Source: a virus. Taken from it: DNA of 64,000 nucleotides. The stretch is from positions 32,001 through 96,000 of IMG/VR virus record IMGVR_UViG_3300027708_000032. The stretch is one strand, 5' to 3'. Below, one piece after another: positions 50,201 to 57,700 of this stretch (positions are counted from its first letter, which is position 1; every line of letters starts with the position of its first letter). The notes beneath the pieces are model-generated. The model did no database searches. It had not been told where the DNA came from and saw nothing but the letters and a program-made list of their open reading frames with translations. The translations under genes were made by a program, and so were the position numbers.

Positions 50201-51506
50201 TATTTTCTACAGCTTCATCTAAACCATATTTAGATAAAATCTGATTCATCACTTTACTGTTCTTAAAGATGTTATCAAACTGAATACGGTTTGATATACC
50301 AAGAATAGCAGTGTTGAAATTAAAGTTTCTATCAGCAGCCTCCATGGCCATCTTGTTCATATTTTCTATAGCATCTGCATCAGGTCTTTTACCATTAAGA
50401 TCTACATAGTCTTGGTATAGTTTAGAATACAAATCTGAATATGTACCAGCAGCTTCCATACGAGCTTCTGTAAATGCAAAGTTAGCCTCACTAAGAGTTC
50501 TCTTTACGCCACCTACACCCACTTTAGTTAAATCCCATGCAAGCTCAGCTCCACCTATCCCTGCTACTTTAGCAGCTCTATATGTCTCAGCTAAGTCTAC
50601 ACCTATATCAATAACAGGAAGTCTTTTACCTACACTTAGCATAAAGTCTTTAACCATGTTATCTTCTTTCCAAATATCACCAAGTTTTTTAAGAGCTTTA
50701 AAGTTTTTAGCAGCATCAAAAAACTCTTTAGTTTTTTCTCCAACTCTTCCTAAACGTGTAATATTTGCAGCTGTTTCTATATCTGATGCTGTTTCTAAAG
50801 CAGCTGCAGCAGGAGCACCAATACCAGTAGCAGTTAATCCAGCCTCTATAGCTTTAGTAATAAGTTGTTCAGATAACATACCACCCATAGCACCTACAGT
50901 AAAACCAGATTGCTGTAAAAAGTTTCCCCATGTTTGACGGTTCCAAAATGTATTCTCCCCTTCTTTTGTAGCATAGATGGGGTTTTCATTCATGATGTCA
51001 TTCATAGACTTGTCTAGCTCTAACATAGACGTAGCATCACCATGAAGTTTATCCCAGTCCCATGTTACTAAAGCATCAAACATTCTACCAAAACCTTTCC
51101 AGTTATCTACAAAACCATTAGCTGCCAGTTTTCTCATTCCAGTAAAACCATTAGACATAACTTCTCCCCATGATTGGTTCAGTCCATATCTTTCTTCATT
51201 AGAACCATCTAGTTCAATACCAAGTTTTTGAAAGTCAGGAGAAGATCTATATCTTTCTACATTCATAGCTTGAGCATCAAAACCTATAGGACGCATCTGC
51301 TGTTCTAAAGAAGGAGCCTGTGTATTTATTTTAGTAAGAAAGTCACCCAATGGGTTAGAGTCACCACCTCCAAATCTGTTTAGATCATACTTATACGTAG
51401 GAGTTGTATAGTTAAGAGGTGTTATAGATGAAAGACTTTGTGGAATTTCTTTAACCGCAGGATTACCAATTATATCTTGACTAACTTGGCTGTTATATTC
51501 AGGCAT
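35232..51506 (-). CDS. giant crAss-like virion RNA polymerase polyprotein (5424 aa)
   Basis: GFRIPTQ...GDMIVVP...AGSDFDIDK (DFDID at 39162-39176), DGGAY, LKP..KHS, SGQKVG; N-terminal hydrophobic helices; zincin-like HEAFE. Confidence 0.92.
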   Translation of the reverse strand: MPEYNSQVSQDIIGNPAVKEIPQSLSSITPLNYTTPTYKYDLNRFGGGDSNPLGDFLTKINTQAPSLEQQMRPIGFDAQAMNVERYRSSPDFQKLGIELDGSNEERYGLNQSWGEVMSNGFTGMRKLAANGFVDNWKGFGRMFDALVTWDWDKLHGDATSMLELDKSMNDIMNENPIYATKEGENTFWNRQTWGNFLQQSGFTVGAMGGMLSEQLITKAIEAGLTATGIGAPAAAALETASDIETAANITRLGRVGEKTKEFFDAAKNFKALKKLGDIWKEDNMVKDFMLSVGKRLPVIDIGVDLAETYRAAKVAGIGGAELAWDLTKVGVGGVKRTLSEANFAFTEARMEAAGTYSDLYSKLYQDYVDLNGKRPDADAIENMNKMAMEAADRNFNFNTAILGISNRIQFDNIFKNSKVMNQILSKYGLDEAVENRIKVVGRLNGTDKLVPHYYETGILGGVGAFKKVAADFGKAKAFEVAGISLLKSMAKMEITEGIQELLQEGSNVYFQDYYRNAYNVSINPDYQPEGDSFKRAVASQLNMQGVKTFMSGALTGLILHGPTALGGRALKYGSEKITDMQKTSGMTAEQKTEYFKNKETQKGAAGKHYAEFNAFAKDPSAAFQEAVKNLNFQKEGSTALEAAAKNQDKFVYENIRTAMLDKMIAASIRNNTYEGLKDTLTSYGKHMTKEEFEKAFVGAEYTSENKKTVEDYTDKVVGAIDSYTKTWNKLQERYGNKFNPNRFKPGTKAFMNELIKKKVLDDMIEHLASNEFKATDALDRITNIFRKVSSNKNLGASLADAFHIMGSETNMTAEVGVLTAEIKLNKEQLKLEGLTKEDRQKLEDSLAIKEEQLKHINDWKASKGELLNEAVVDKSYRAFAGYLASKNKQNGRELSVDKQDTEDHFLDFIDYIKLHEKHNSHVEAINMLSNPENFMKLHERMTMGASKAYMELLGMAGAEHVKKTIGDGKTFILSIHDVHALYNPDGSLIEVFDTIDEARKAKTEADKGLTGEAAAVATTVQAENPNATRVTIKVKDKNGVESDVELIEGNKFITESTPTKRVGKDKKIYTTYDQDIIKINKIDVEGNTVTITVNNDPESVTYQMEEFAELAGKITNFTKLTPDQKIYFENRDKILRINVSKTTGTLHNITGVHAKRDYTNNSITISARLDLVKENDKWVLKLKYTNPVTNKETSVDFNMAYYKKYAQKDASGKAALELNVLPTVAEAQELARKQRVALVYQQQLDALKFLIQEQENKVGLRQKRSEEIDKQIADLRQSVEDMQVILQIAEENIADLRTKRSKLANAARTEYNQIIAQFPGKIEAAKELAAKLEQEKADVTKELEALKEAKKVYTEGLAELETNKEPFLRDESGTIYGEQQEAVNEAEGNQLRTRVPEEKLDDVILGVEIEQEALTQKLNIVYDSIKMMEKLLSRFVKYDDLINTIFRTDNMSDKSLGRLSKNLVALRNQEEQKDNPDYEKIDLINTLIGGIKKNLKSLIEPGEAIINQVMSKEVMQALAALTEYKFAKEDMSDILNRMAELQDKLDRLTLAKEQIIELKDLNSRLQFLKDLQAAITEGFQKAAAINLVTQTNKGVTAITKQAAQEFSEFGDIMSDEEVVTDDENDKIFISDVDKPLLNEGGLFKTADRHYWNDSDPTPTNPQAARFFRFSETVALDGTYYFMPVSKANDEFGITIESYDEFGKTVAVKDDIKLVLVKKVGDKFQYVGVDGKILDNPTKDTIVYTSMPNNVTIMEGSDEQVLNYLKDASSPFTTKGMSDDEILNEVKRFRGFRADILNKTKNKEAVHLKVTEKSKGKQKREPLDVATNKPQELSLQGRLIENNPNFSDLRHPDGSKIVLEVVTNKNSGNRRIKPGRLVIIKTKQAENGSKSDTEFQVYNRQMEEQEKENLFNVLLAMLPMYGRRNPLSDERKEKLNELFSDGKITSEQLVRLTTQLTNQEANQYDLAMSYIAGLVHFSQLDAGETASKNQFYISGGLFFIRGKEYMFEVDGQLNLDAITAAKDEILNGLYHNVNNTMLSGKRKNDKFSTAKVVDGKIVEDKKFNNYLEYLLTDKVKGHTPVVYTNIVPYSAVENINDPQLKNVYLKFQGPKEEAAGQKPAPATTQTNTLAATRPAIAKDIDPESGLPSYSFSWKGNTIHYNTEQSAKEALDKLMGVTPAAVVAAPVTTTQTTSTTNQVFDSPVKVPLVKGKTVVFSRVPGDKQGMLNVFAEWNGEKFVVTKVERTNGAKYDDDLYNKIVVQDEEFLNDFYAGPLKGYIERYSEISKPDIKQLVDEEIAALKKRYTLISTEGAAAPQAAAQQTTAAQPVATALTKESELEALKNLKNGDIVSAFAEDGSIIQAKVSDFGNGEFNLTSVDPSKNVRSVPGGLYSVPILQAAISEKYKTPTATQTAPVSIDTKVIGVEYVIENKELTVDHPKGETATPIIDYKAASKESYEGTKVKVLSTTADTVEVEVTYPDGEKFSETFDRKDFENKVFKLAALEGKPTQTEPVVQASDPASITAAAQAALQLLNSRNKTTSSDNGHHRLYLEQLVKEKENIEEFKKTLARILPQIHLEIANDLIDGRAMGKFIKGVIQIYQNAGAGTGFHEAFEAVWNSYLTAKDQEKLIEEFRNRPGKFTNIFTGETKDHSKATAYDVKEMLAEEFIPYIRSDKGVVKENSPVRNTLFRKILNFFKSIWKYIQEAFGITTAQPENSAINEMFRKIAAGEFANAKEVENVQPQMPAFRSTLTGTNAEFTQKLMEGMAAQFFIDLYAGENNIKALFDGSKPLLFNQLYAGVANNVMDRFDENKDFISNHLSQLGFNQEAINNQLISIPDMLNQLLAVNSINTEVRDLFKKYISQFGLEFKDVKNKIDDEVKETMAAEEIERNDRLGIVEAMFIDPRDMTKAEVKLLIASLPSDEYSDNGITTNRRNELGLPILEDYARKLNLLHNELHSTVAVTKYNPKTKRLEEVSALDQMFEKLDNRFKKNGRYKVGYEWIARLKRRLAYEDLNGTKRDITSLNKDEVALLVAFESSFSNNRNSPHKLIVGENGVIYSDNTLDSTNARRIREDWQNNIKYNAKEFYGSSEEDFKKGPMIYINANAEIVFNTLSEQYAKIMSVTSPLQMVDSLRKLGFEFSATDEEVVLEAGASQISKDFSAIKAKFDDGTIRTFDDLFGKQIVNGRINNLIAVEQKFTGDETILSTRNAEGKQQYSITQPSAVSYIANSFKAVDNLTDFIASNPHLGQVDLKTGEVKLNPYVVGSHLLKKDGPLFDSTGKKLKDAKFEYRYILGISSESESVGTSTDRLEFPDKVVQEIYHILDGTYFTIINSDKSSEFGLNFGHFIKLGDVKLGSVAETPEIVDLYKEGLKDELRTALFESGNTKYKIKNYSDNVVKLGNFREIIKVDSNETVKKLFADYMAGKISEEQFADSDIVTTLIVNYANAKVEENIKWLQDLGLVKYDRVANIYKTNMFSKEQLDGLGEKFPYKDGAIPARDFKKLITFITTNRQMAVFEQHKLLFGHPALYGKELAKRSSGINSQKQAITENSQYLGWMDSNMSRFDGKERTNTFRFVTHEDPESVSVYLNNIAEGIYASMKATYESANKEITKKDKKLIEKLIGAEFNDDGTVSEIVGGKGTTIDGYINASEADGGAYIMPDFFRDMHFLSGKLLSEQDSLLQWENANEIVDRSNPKHPMYDVPGFAKTYTQDEIDNAKAVMANPKPKAILQVLKPQGFGYQNTKGLTHTSMLKHSVVPLVWSRVVDKRNMLGKYLQAQTDQVDIVGFVSGQKVGVVTKSKTKEEGTRTIQPLYDENGAFNQEAPPIQEMYTKYYGFQVEMAAYSKDSTIFGSQMRKINLSNISKDNTELRAFAEEYNRLIDSLTATEFRGVLKDLGLRQVGEEYITDDLNGMMDTLKSEMERRDLPDNVLDMLKVMTDANTGVQRVQYRFDASPVREKLDNILNSIVDSRILAQTMHGKAAVQVPATMFETSDRMFTYKENSKYVAPVKGSELTKAQRKTAKMVSADLNFYTKEKPYMEVLVPNFFKDVFKEGEEIKLSELDPRLLQAIGFRIPTQALNSIDSIRIAGFLDSQWGDMIVVPSEIVAKAGSDFDIDKLNLFLANYYIDKKSGKPTYIEYSTSDAEVEDRYTRFINESVDSDTKSYVKTLERYSGERTSLQEKYGSNKDDIFKKFNNARQQYDDQYENAKNEIFKIANETKSNDDTISRYKAEGLKLFKTLPLSIKQPFYDLKDEGILSVAENKAVAERLLQANSDAKYAPTLMQMIQYHEAMLDVYGQINAWTDEQLNSLADRANDALGKWENWKEDNLEKTRDEFLKSLKEQRLEYTKELARVGGLPSLEEFKELPIEEQNSKKARQNRLIELMGNILSHPDNYRQMVVPNAAATLKAIATKIRELKNLPPADLDMTAMSEWKNMTEVRERYITGKKLVGVIALQITSHSLSQYGDVELNGVYYKNGNPVAINIKFDSNTAEGKYMLNLIEDKGHKWISELLSEAMTAAVDAAKDPFIFDLNLTLNTANVWFYLQKLGVTVDDIAYLHTQPIIETYFKELSKNNSLINKVNGAELSKSTVRYLAMEQFLMKAFPELDKFIKNTFKGNDTFQSALTSQYAWKKRKIIEAIDNALRTLDPVDMYKTNELVNMIKPTNQDGTYNLTKEEAIKQLQLLQDYQKYEDQGRLLGNFIKAISYDTSRTKNINENRLQEAAYRQAEKDGFVTADSLERVMENTFLGKMKDIKDDVPKMFKDFFITAHPKSKAVMDKMFDVVLNDEFMSKDDKIDLLNRYQNFVLNYVLHTVKFKAPSGKYISVYSYYKNLFTGSNSIGRQLKEFQKLYPDNKALQNLFAVINSDTKDTDNIKLFNTRLTSFEMNSMGESLEQLKEIADKKQDKYLQSFVNNLSIFLMAQSGVQQSPISFSKIMPISLYSERVHDIIDSFMTDDSNSMDPDTVWRQFHQNNYKNAKFVDVVGLKDLDRSEEEYDENKLIHDPEFPNVESFRNKGEFVTVKQLSKEVSNDKELREEYAKKKMWDKINSYTLYERVGEPNEKGYYSYVPINKLGNGMYMIEVSPDEFAESILKKNDVLNTVQSKVFANKVKTEKGKSFADEMAEQNVSADPAKGSIKLNVIEDWVLKGTASATVRSNTYHKTFYKGDGVYRTEKGNTFSIKYLGLVQMKENNIVGDGISYTKDEFAKKEGYGTWENFKKDAKYAGKNLMRGEMVHMYDISAYKLETTAASNIKQATEAQKQDITNRMPEVINETAKKYLPKEQFKTRQATQYIGEGSVKSSTDNYKKLYDQYGLANTGVYNSSDLIYVSSNGSRGGRVNPVENGVLQFAYKNIDKAIAAGAKFIMDTAAHIENTKSYNIGEVALAKYLTSKGYIRQDETGIWVPGNTNVQPEGFPSIDNNNQNSC

Positions 51507-51539
51507 ATCTTATTTATTACTATGTAAATATAAATTATT

Positions 51540-54500
51540 TTATTGTATCTGTTGGTACTGTTTCCAAAGATCAGTATACGCATCTCTCAATGATGGTTTT
51601 GGTTTAGTAACATTACTAATTGTTGTAGAGTTTTTTCCAAAAACAGCTATAGCACTTTGCTTTAAACCTTGTACAAAAACTTCTAAATCTGTTGTAGGTG
51701 GAAGTACCCTATATGTAGTATAGTCTTCAGAGATAGAAGGGTTTAAAGGATCTACCATTTTTGTTGTATACCCTCCAGGTGCTTTAGGATCTGGTGTAAC
51801 AACTTCTACAGCAGACTTATAATATATTTTTCCTGTACCGTCTTTGTACATATCATATTTAATACCAAGTTGTTCTTCAATAGGATCACTTTTTACATGT
51901 TGTTGTGGTCCCTGACTTAATAACATATCATAGTAACTAACGTTAGCAGCTGTAGGAAAACCTTTCACTGTTTCATTAGGTCTAAGCTGAAGTACTATTC
52001 CTTCTCCACTATTAGCATATGCTGTAAACTGAGACGCATATTTCTTTTGTTCATCTGCTGTAAACAACTTTTGTATATCATCTAAAGAATATTTAAGTTT
52101 TACTTCTTTAGCTGCAGGATTATATTGACCAATCGTATAAAGAGTAACACCTGTTAAACCTGCACCAGGTGATTGAGAAAGTCTAGCTACTAATTTGTTT
52201 GCAAAGTCTTTAGCCTCATCATTGTCTGAGAAATTTACAATAGGACTATCGTTAACCATTTCATATTTTAATCCTGGTCCTAATATATCTGCAGCTACAA
52301 TATCACCCATGTCCTGTTTTTCTTGTTTAGTATCAGAACCGTATGTAATAGCTTTACCCATGTTTCCTGTATTGAAAACATTTGTAAAGTTTGTTTCTAT
52401 CATAGAACCAGCTTTCTTTAAAGCTGTATCCATTTTAGTTTTTATATCTTTAGACTCTCCGTATTTGTTTACTAATGCTGTAAAGTCATATGCATTATTA
52501 GCATCTTCGTAGAAATACTTTTTTTCTTGAGCAGGAGCATTACTAACAGCCATACTAGTAGTTCCCATAGTGTACGGTGAGTATGCTGAAATCCCACTAC
52601 TTCCCGTAGGTGTATAGTAAGACTTAAGATCAAGCGTACCATTTAAATACTTAGCAGCAAGTTGTTGTGGTATGCCATATTCACTAGTAATATGTTGAGT
52701 GTTCAACATAGTAAATGTACCATCAGCATTTTTCACTCTAACTTCTTCATAACCAGGTTGAGCCATCTCTGCATTCAGAGCTCTATCAAACTCTTTTTCT
52801 TTAGCATATAGATCATTTAATTTACTCTGATTACTTTTTAATGTTAAATAAACCTGAGCTTCACGCATAGCTTCTGCTCTAAGATCTGGATTAGTACGAT
52901 TAGCATTAGCTAATTTAAGTTTATCTTCCATGTCTTTTTCTATCTCAGAAGATAGTGTAGACATTAATGTAATAGGTCCTGTAATCTGATTTTCGTTCTG
53001 AATTTTACCAGCATCTTTTAATCTTTTTACAACAGACATGAATGCAGTTTTATAAGCAGGGTCTTTAAAATTTTGACTAGCTAATGCTGATTTTATTATA
53101 GCAGCTTCCGTAGGTTGTATATAACTTCCTACAATGGCTGCACCTTCTGTTTGGAATAATTCAAACTGACCTGTTATAGCTTGATTCTTTTGATCAAATA
53201 TAAACTGTTTAGTAACCCCAACTTTATCTGTAGTTGTTGCTATAGATGCTTTAGCAACATCTACTGTAGGAACATTATAGTTTACATTAACAGCATCTTT
53301 TTCTTTTAGATCATTAATACTATTATTATTAATATCACTATAAGCTCCTCCTGTACCAGTACCATCACTATCTGATCCATCTCCACTTTTTCCTTTAGCA
53401 GCAATCTCCATCTGTTTTACAATAATATCATTCTGATTTTTCTCATGAGCTAGTATAGCTTGTTGTTCTAACTCTTTACCTTTCCAATACCCTTGATCAA
53501 ATTCTACTTTAGTAGACTGATTAGATGCTAGTATTCTTGCAGTGTTACTTATTTCTGTTCTTCTATATAAGTTTGTAAAGAAGTTAGAAGGATCTCTAGA
53601 TATACCCTTCTGAGCTTCTATGTATGTGTTAGAGTTAGGATTTTTCCAGTCTTCTATTTCTTTTAGATTGTCTTTCTGATTATCCTTTAACATCATTATA
53701 TCAGACTGCAACTTTGCAATAGTTTCTATATTAGCTGGATCATTCTTAGCCCACAAATCATCTAGTTGTTTTTTTAACTTAGTGGCTCTTTCTCCTATGT
53801 TTACATTATACTTTTCAAGAGATGCTATCCAACTACCCTGATGATATTCTAATATATGTTTCTTAGCTTCTTCTTCAGACATCTTTATACCCTTAGCCTC
53901 ATAATCTTTTTGAATATTCTGAATAGCTTCCATAGCGTGATACTGTCCTGTCAGCTGATCTTGACCTTGGTATTTAGCACCTCTAAGCTGTTGTGCTAAT
54001 TCTTCAAATGTCATCACTGTACCTGGACCGTTAACATAAGTTTCTATTCTACCATTACGTGTAACAGTGTTTGTTATTTTATAATCATTATCCTTTATAA
54101 ACTCCATAGCCTCTTTAGTAAGATTATAAAAAGGTGTCGACTTAATAATAGCTTGATCATAAACACTCATGTCTCCTTTCTTAGCTCCTTTAACTTTCTG
54201 CATTGCATTCTGCATAAGAGCTATCGGTATAGTACTAAACTGATCTCTTATCTTTTCATCTTTAGAGTTCTGCATAGCATACTGTGATTGCATTTCTGCT
54301 GTCTGCTGTCTTGTCCAGTTATAATCACTAACAACATCTTTATCATCCCAGAAAGGAGAGAATACGTTTATAGCACTATTAACATTTTGCTGAAGAGATA
54401 AGTCACTACCTGCTATTTTCTTAATCTGTTCCTGAGCATTTTTAACATAAGCATCCCTAGATTCTTTATTAGCATCTTTAGTAAGGGGTGCATTTAAAAC

Positions 54501-54650
54501 ACTACTATACGCAGCAATGGATTTTGACATACCCTGTTCAAAGTTCTGGTTCTTTTTGTCAAGAACATATTTCAGAAAACTAAAGTCTGGGGTATACAGG
54601 ATTGGCACAGTGGCCGTATTGTATGTATTATATTGAATATCTGCTGGCAT
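51540..54650 (-). CDS. large virion/ejection protein (1036 aa)
   Basis: Helical; immediately upstream of the vRNAP gene. Confidence 0.75.
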   Translation of the reverse strand: MPADIQYNTYNTATVPILYTPDFSFLKYVLDKKNQNFEQGMSKSIAAYSSVLNAPLTKDANKESRDAYVKNAQEQIKKIAGSDLSLQQNVNSAINVFSPFWDDKDVVSDYNWTRQQTAEMQSQYAMQNSKDEKIRDQFSTIPIALMQNAMQKVKGAKKGDMSVYDQAIIKSTPFYNLTKEAMEFIKDNDYKITNTVTRNGRIETYVNGPGTVMTFEELAQQLRGAKYQGQDQLTGQYHAMEAIQNIQKDYEAKGIKMSEEEAKKHILEYHQGSWIASLEKYNVNIGERATKLKKQLDDLWAKNDPANIETIAKLQSDIMMLKDNQKDNLKEIEDWKNPNSNTYIEAQKGISRDPSNFFTNLYRRTEISNTARILASNQSTKVEFDQGYWKGKELEQQAILAHEKNQNDIIVKQMEIAAKGKSGDGSDSDGTGTGGAYSDINNNSINDLKEKDAVNVNYNVPTVDVAKASIATTTDKVGVTKQFIFDQKNQAITGQFELFQTEGAAIVGSYIQPTEAAIIKSALASQNFKDPAYKTAFMSVVKRLKDAGKIQNENQITGPITLMSTLSSEIEKDMEDKLKLANANRTNPDLRAEAMREAQVYLTLKSNQSKLNDLYAKEKEFDRALNAEMAQPGYEEVRVKNADGTFTMLNTQHITSEYGIPQQLAAKYLNGTLDLKSYYTPTGSSGISAYSPYTMGTTSMAVSNAPAQEKKYFYEDANNAYDFTALVNKYGESKDIKTKMDTALKKAGSMIETNFTNVFNTGNMGKAITYGSDTKQEKQDMGDIVAADILGPGLKYEMVNDSPIVNFSDNDEAKDFANKLVARLSQSPGAGLTGVTLYTIGQYNPAAKEVKLKYSLDDIQKLFTADEQKKYASQFTAYANSGEGIVLQLRPNETVKGFPTAANVSYYDMLLSQGPQQHVKSDPIEEQLGIKYDMYKDGTGKIYYKSAVEVVTPDPKAPGGYTTKMVDPLNPSISEDYTTYRVLPPTTDLEVFVQGLKQSAIAVFGKNSTTISNVTKPKPSLRDAYTDLWKQYQQIQ

Positions 54651-54661
54651 TATATTAATAA

Positions 54662-54706
54662 TTTAAACAAAAATTTTGAAAGTTTAAAACTAAACTTGTT
54701 AGGTTT
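54662..54706. promoter_or_regulatory. AAGTTT/AAACTT palindrome cluster upstream of the ejection-protein genes
   Basis: AAGTTTA-AAAC-TAAACTT (54680-54697) overlapping TTTAAAC...GTTTAAA. Confidence 0.45.
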
Positions 54707-57700
54707 ACTTTAAGTAAGGATTGTTCATAACATATCCACCATACTTTTGTACTGTAGGTGTAGGTGTTTTAGTTACTTGTTTATTCTTTTTACGATCTTG
54801 ATCATACTCATAATCTGTAGTGTATCCTCCACCATTACCATTTATTATACCTAAAGCAATTTTAGGATCAGTACCATCTGCTACATACTTTTTATATAGA
54901 GCATATCTTCTATCAGCTTCTGTTTGAGAATAAGCATCAGGATTTTTTAAGTTATTAAAATATGCAGCACGAGCTTCATCAGAATTAAATCTTAAGTCTT
55001 GATCCCATGGATTGTAGTAGAAGTATGGACTAGTGGCATTAACACCAGCTAACATTGCAGCATTAGTATCAGCTTGGTTTTTGGCTGCAGCTATTCTATC
55101 ATATCCTTGTCCTAAAGCTTTAAGATACTTAGATTCATTACCCTGATCTTCTTGTCTAGATGATAAAGCATTCTGAGCATTATACATAGCAAACTGATTA
55201 GCCATAGCAGCATCTTGAGCAAGTTTCTGATTATACCCTGTTACGTTATAATCATTAACACCTTTAATATCTTGAGCAGCACCTTCTCCAGTTCTACCTG
55301 CAGCTAGTGATGAGTTAGCCATATATGCTTGAGGAGCACCGTATTGTTGTAAATCACCATTAACCATATTAAACTGAGCTTGTCTTGTAGCTACATCAAA
55401 TCTAGGATCTCTAGCTACAAATGGAGAAAACTCAGCATTAACATTCATCCTTGGAGCTATGAATCTTTTTATAAGAGCAGCGTTCAAATTAGCAGCACCA
55501 ATATTACGTACATCTTGTCTCATTCTTCCATAAGGAACATCTGAACCAACAGGTGTAAATTCATTAGGTTTAGTTTCAGTGGTAGAACCTGTAGGTTGTT
55601 TACAAGCAGCTTGAGCTTCTGCATCAGTAGCATAGTATGTCTGACCTGGAACTTTAGAAGCGTCATCTACTGCTGACACTACACCATTAACACATTGATA
55701 TACAGGAGGAAGAGGTGTAGGAGTTGGACCAGCAGGTGTACCTGGAGTTACTTGAACTACAGGAGGAGAAGGAGGAGTTTTAAATTTTTCTAGTTTAGGA
55801 AAACGATAGTCATATAAAGCATCATTAAACTGATTAAACAACTCATCATCTGTAAACTGACTTTTTGTTTTTCTTAATTTTTTAGCAAGCCTTAATCCTT
55901 TATTTGTTAAAGGTACTTCGTTAAGATAATTTACAAGCTCTGCTTTAATATCATTATTTCCACCAGCTTGTTCTATTATCCATTTTTGAAGTTTATCAAT
56001 ATTTTCAGGTCCGTTATATCCAAACTGTTTATAATAATCTGAAATTTCTTTTACGTCTTTAAAGTTTTTAACATTAGGAGTAGAGCCAACAGTATTAGCT
56101 GGAACATTTTGAGAAGATGCAGAAGTTCCTTGAGCTGGTGTAGTAGTTTGAGCTGGTGCAGCTTGTGTATTATCTGTTTCATCTTCCCATTTTATCTTAC
56201 CAGCAGCATCAACAGTCCCCATAGTTTTTCTACCATCTGCATATATGTATTGTGATCTACCATTTTTAAAATGGGTCATTTTTGTTCCATTACCATATAT
56301 AACTATAGGTGTACCATCAGACGTTTTTTTAATATCTACAATGGTTTCTGCAGCATCAACCATTTTAGAAGTTCCATTTGAGTATTGTATTTTTACTCTA
56401 CCATTAGGAAATATAGTATCAATTTGACCATCAGGATATTTTATAATAGTGGCCGCACCTTGTTTACTAATAACAGCATTAGCATATTTATTATAATATA
56501 TAGGATCTGCAGAAGTTCCACCAAGTGCAAATGTTTGAACAGGAGCATAACCACCATAGGCCATCATACCAAGATCTTCAGGAACATACCCACCTTGAGC
56601 ATAATACCCTATACCACCACCATATCTCTGCATAGGAGGCATTTGTTCCATACCTTCTTGCATAGGAGGTTCTTGTTGACCTTCCATCATTTCTTCTTGT
56701 GGACCTTGTTGCTGAGGTTCTTGTCCTTCAGGATATTCTTGTACACCATTAGGTTCTTCACCACCTGGCTGAGGCATCTGTTGTTCACCTTGTTGTTGCT
56801 GCATCATTTGCTGCTGTTGTTGTAAATACTCACCAGCAATCTGTTGACCTAACTGAGTGTCTACAACCTTTTCTGCAATCTCAGGAATACCTTGAGGGAA
56901 ACCTTTCTTAGATTCTTGTATAAGAGCAAGGTATCCAAGTTTAGCTTCATAGTTTTCTATCATTCTTTCAGCTGTTCTCTTTTGTACAACATCTGATTGA
57001 GGATTTTCTAACACACCTCTATACTTATTTACATCATACTTCTTAGCAATCTCAGCTGGAGTGTATCCTCCTTTCTTAGCTGTCATACCAAAGAACCTTA
57101 GAATTTGTTCATCTTTAATCATCATCTTCTTAGTGTCAGAAAATATAAAACTTCCTTCTGGTACTTTAAGTGGTGTGCCTCCATTAGTATGACGCTCACC
57201 ACCAATCTGCATATGTTCATTCTGACCATCTCCATTAATATCACCGTATACAGTTTCACCTCTTTCAGCTTCTATATTAGCTTCTTCTCTTGGAACTGGT
57301 CCAATAGTTTTAGAAGATTTATCATATGGGTTCTTATTCATAGGAGCATATACATCTCTATGACCAAGATTTAAAGCATAAGCAGATTGACCACCATATG
57401 CCATTTTTTGGTTAGGTCCTGATACAATACGTATTTTCATAGTTTTATTATTATTTTGTCCACCAAATTTTCTAGTTTGTATATGTAAATGAGGACCACC
57501 CCATACAGGTTGACCTGCAGGTCTTTGTCTTTCATCTAACACTTTATATCCTCTTCGTTCTGCTTCTTGTATAAAATCTGCAATTTCTTTATCACTTTTA
57601 TTACGTGTTCTAACATCCATAGCATTTCCTGTATAATGCTTACTACCAACATTATGCTGACCTTGATTAGTAGATGTTATATCAAAATTAAACTGATTAG

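Noticed and set aside
56630-56830. CAA/CAG-rich tract as a DNA repeat element
   Set aside because: Explained by the Gln/Pro/Glu-rich protein linker
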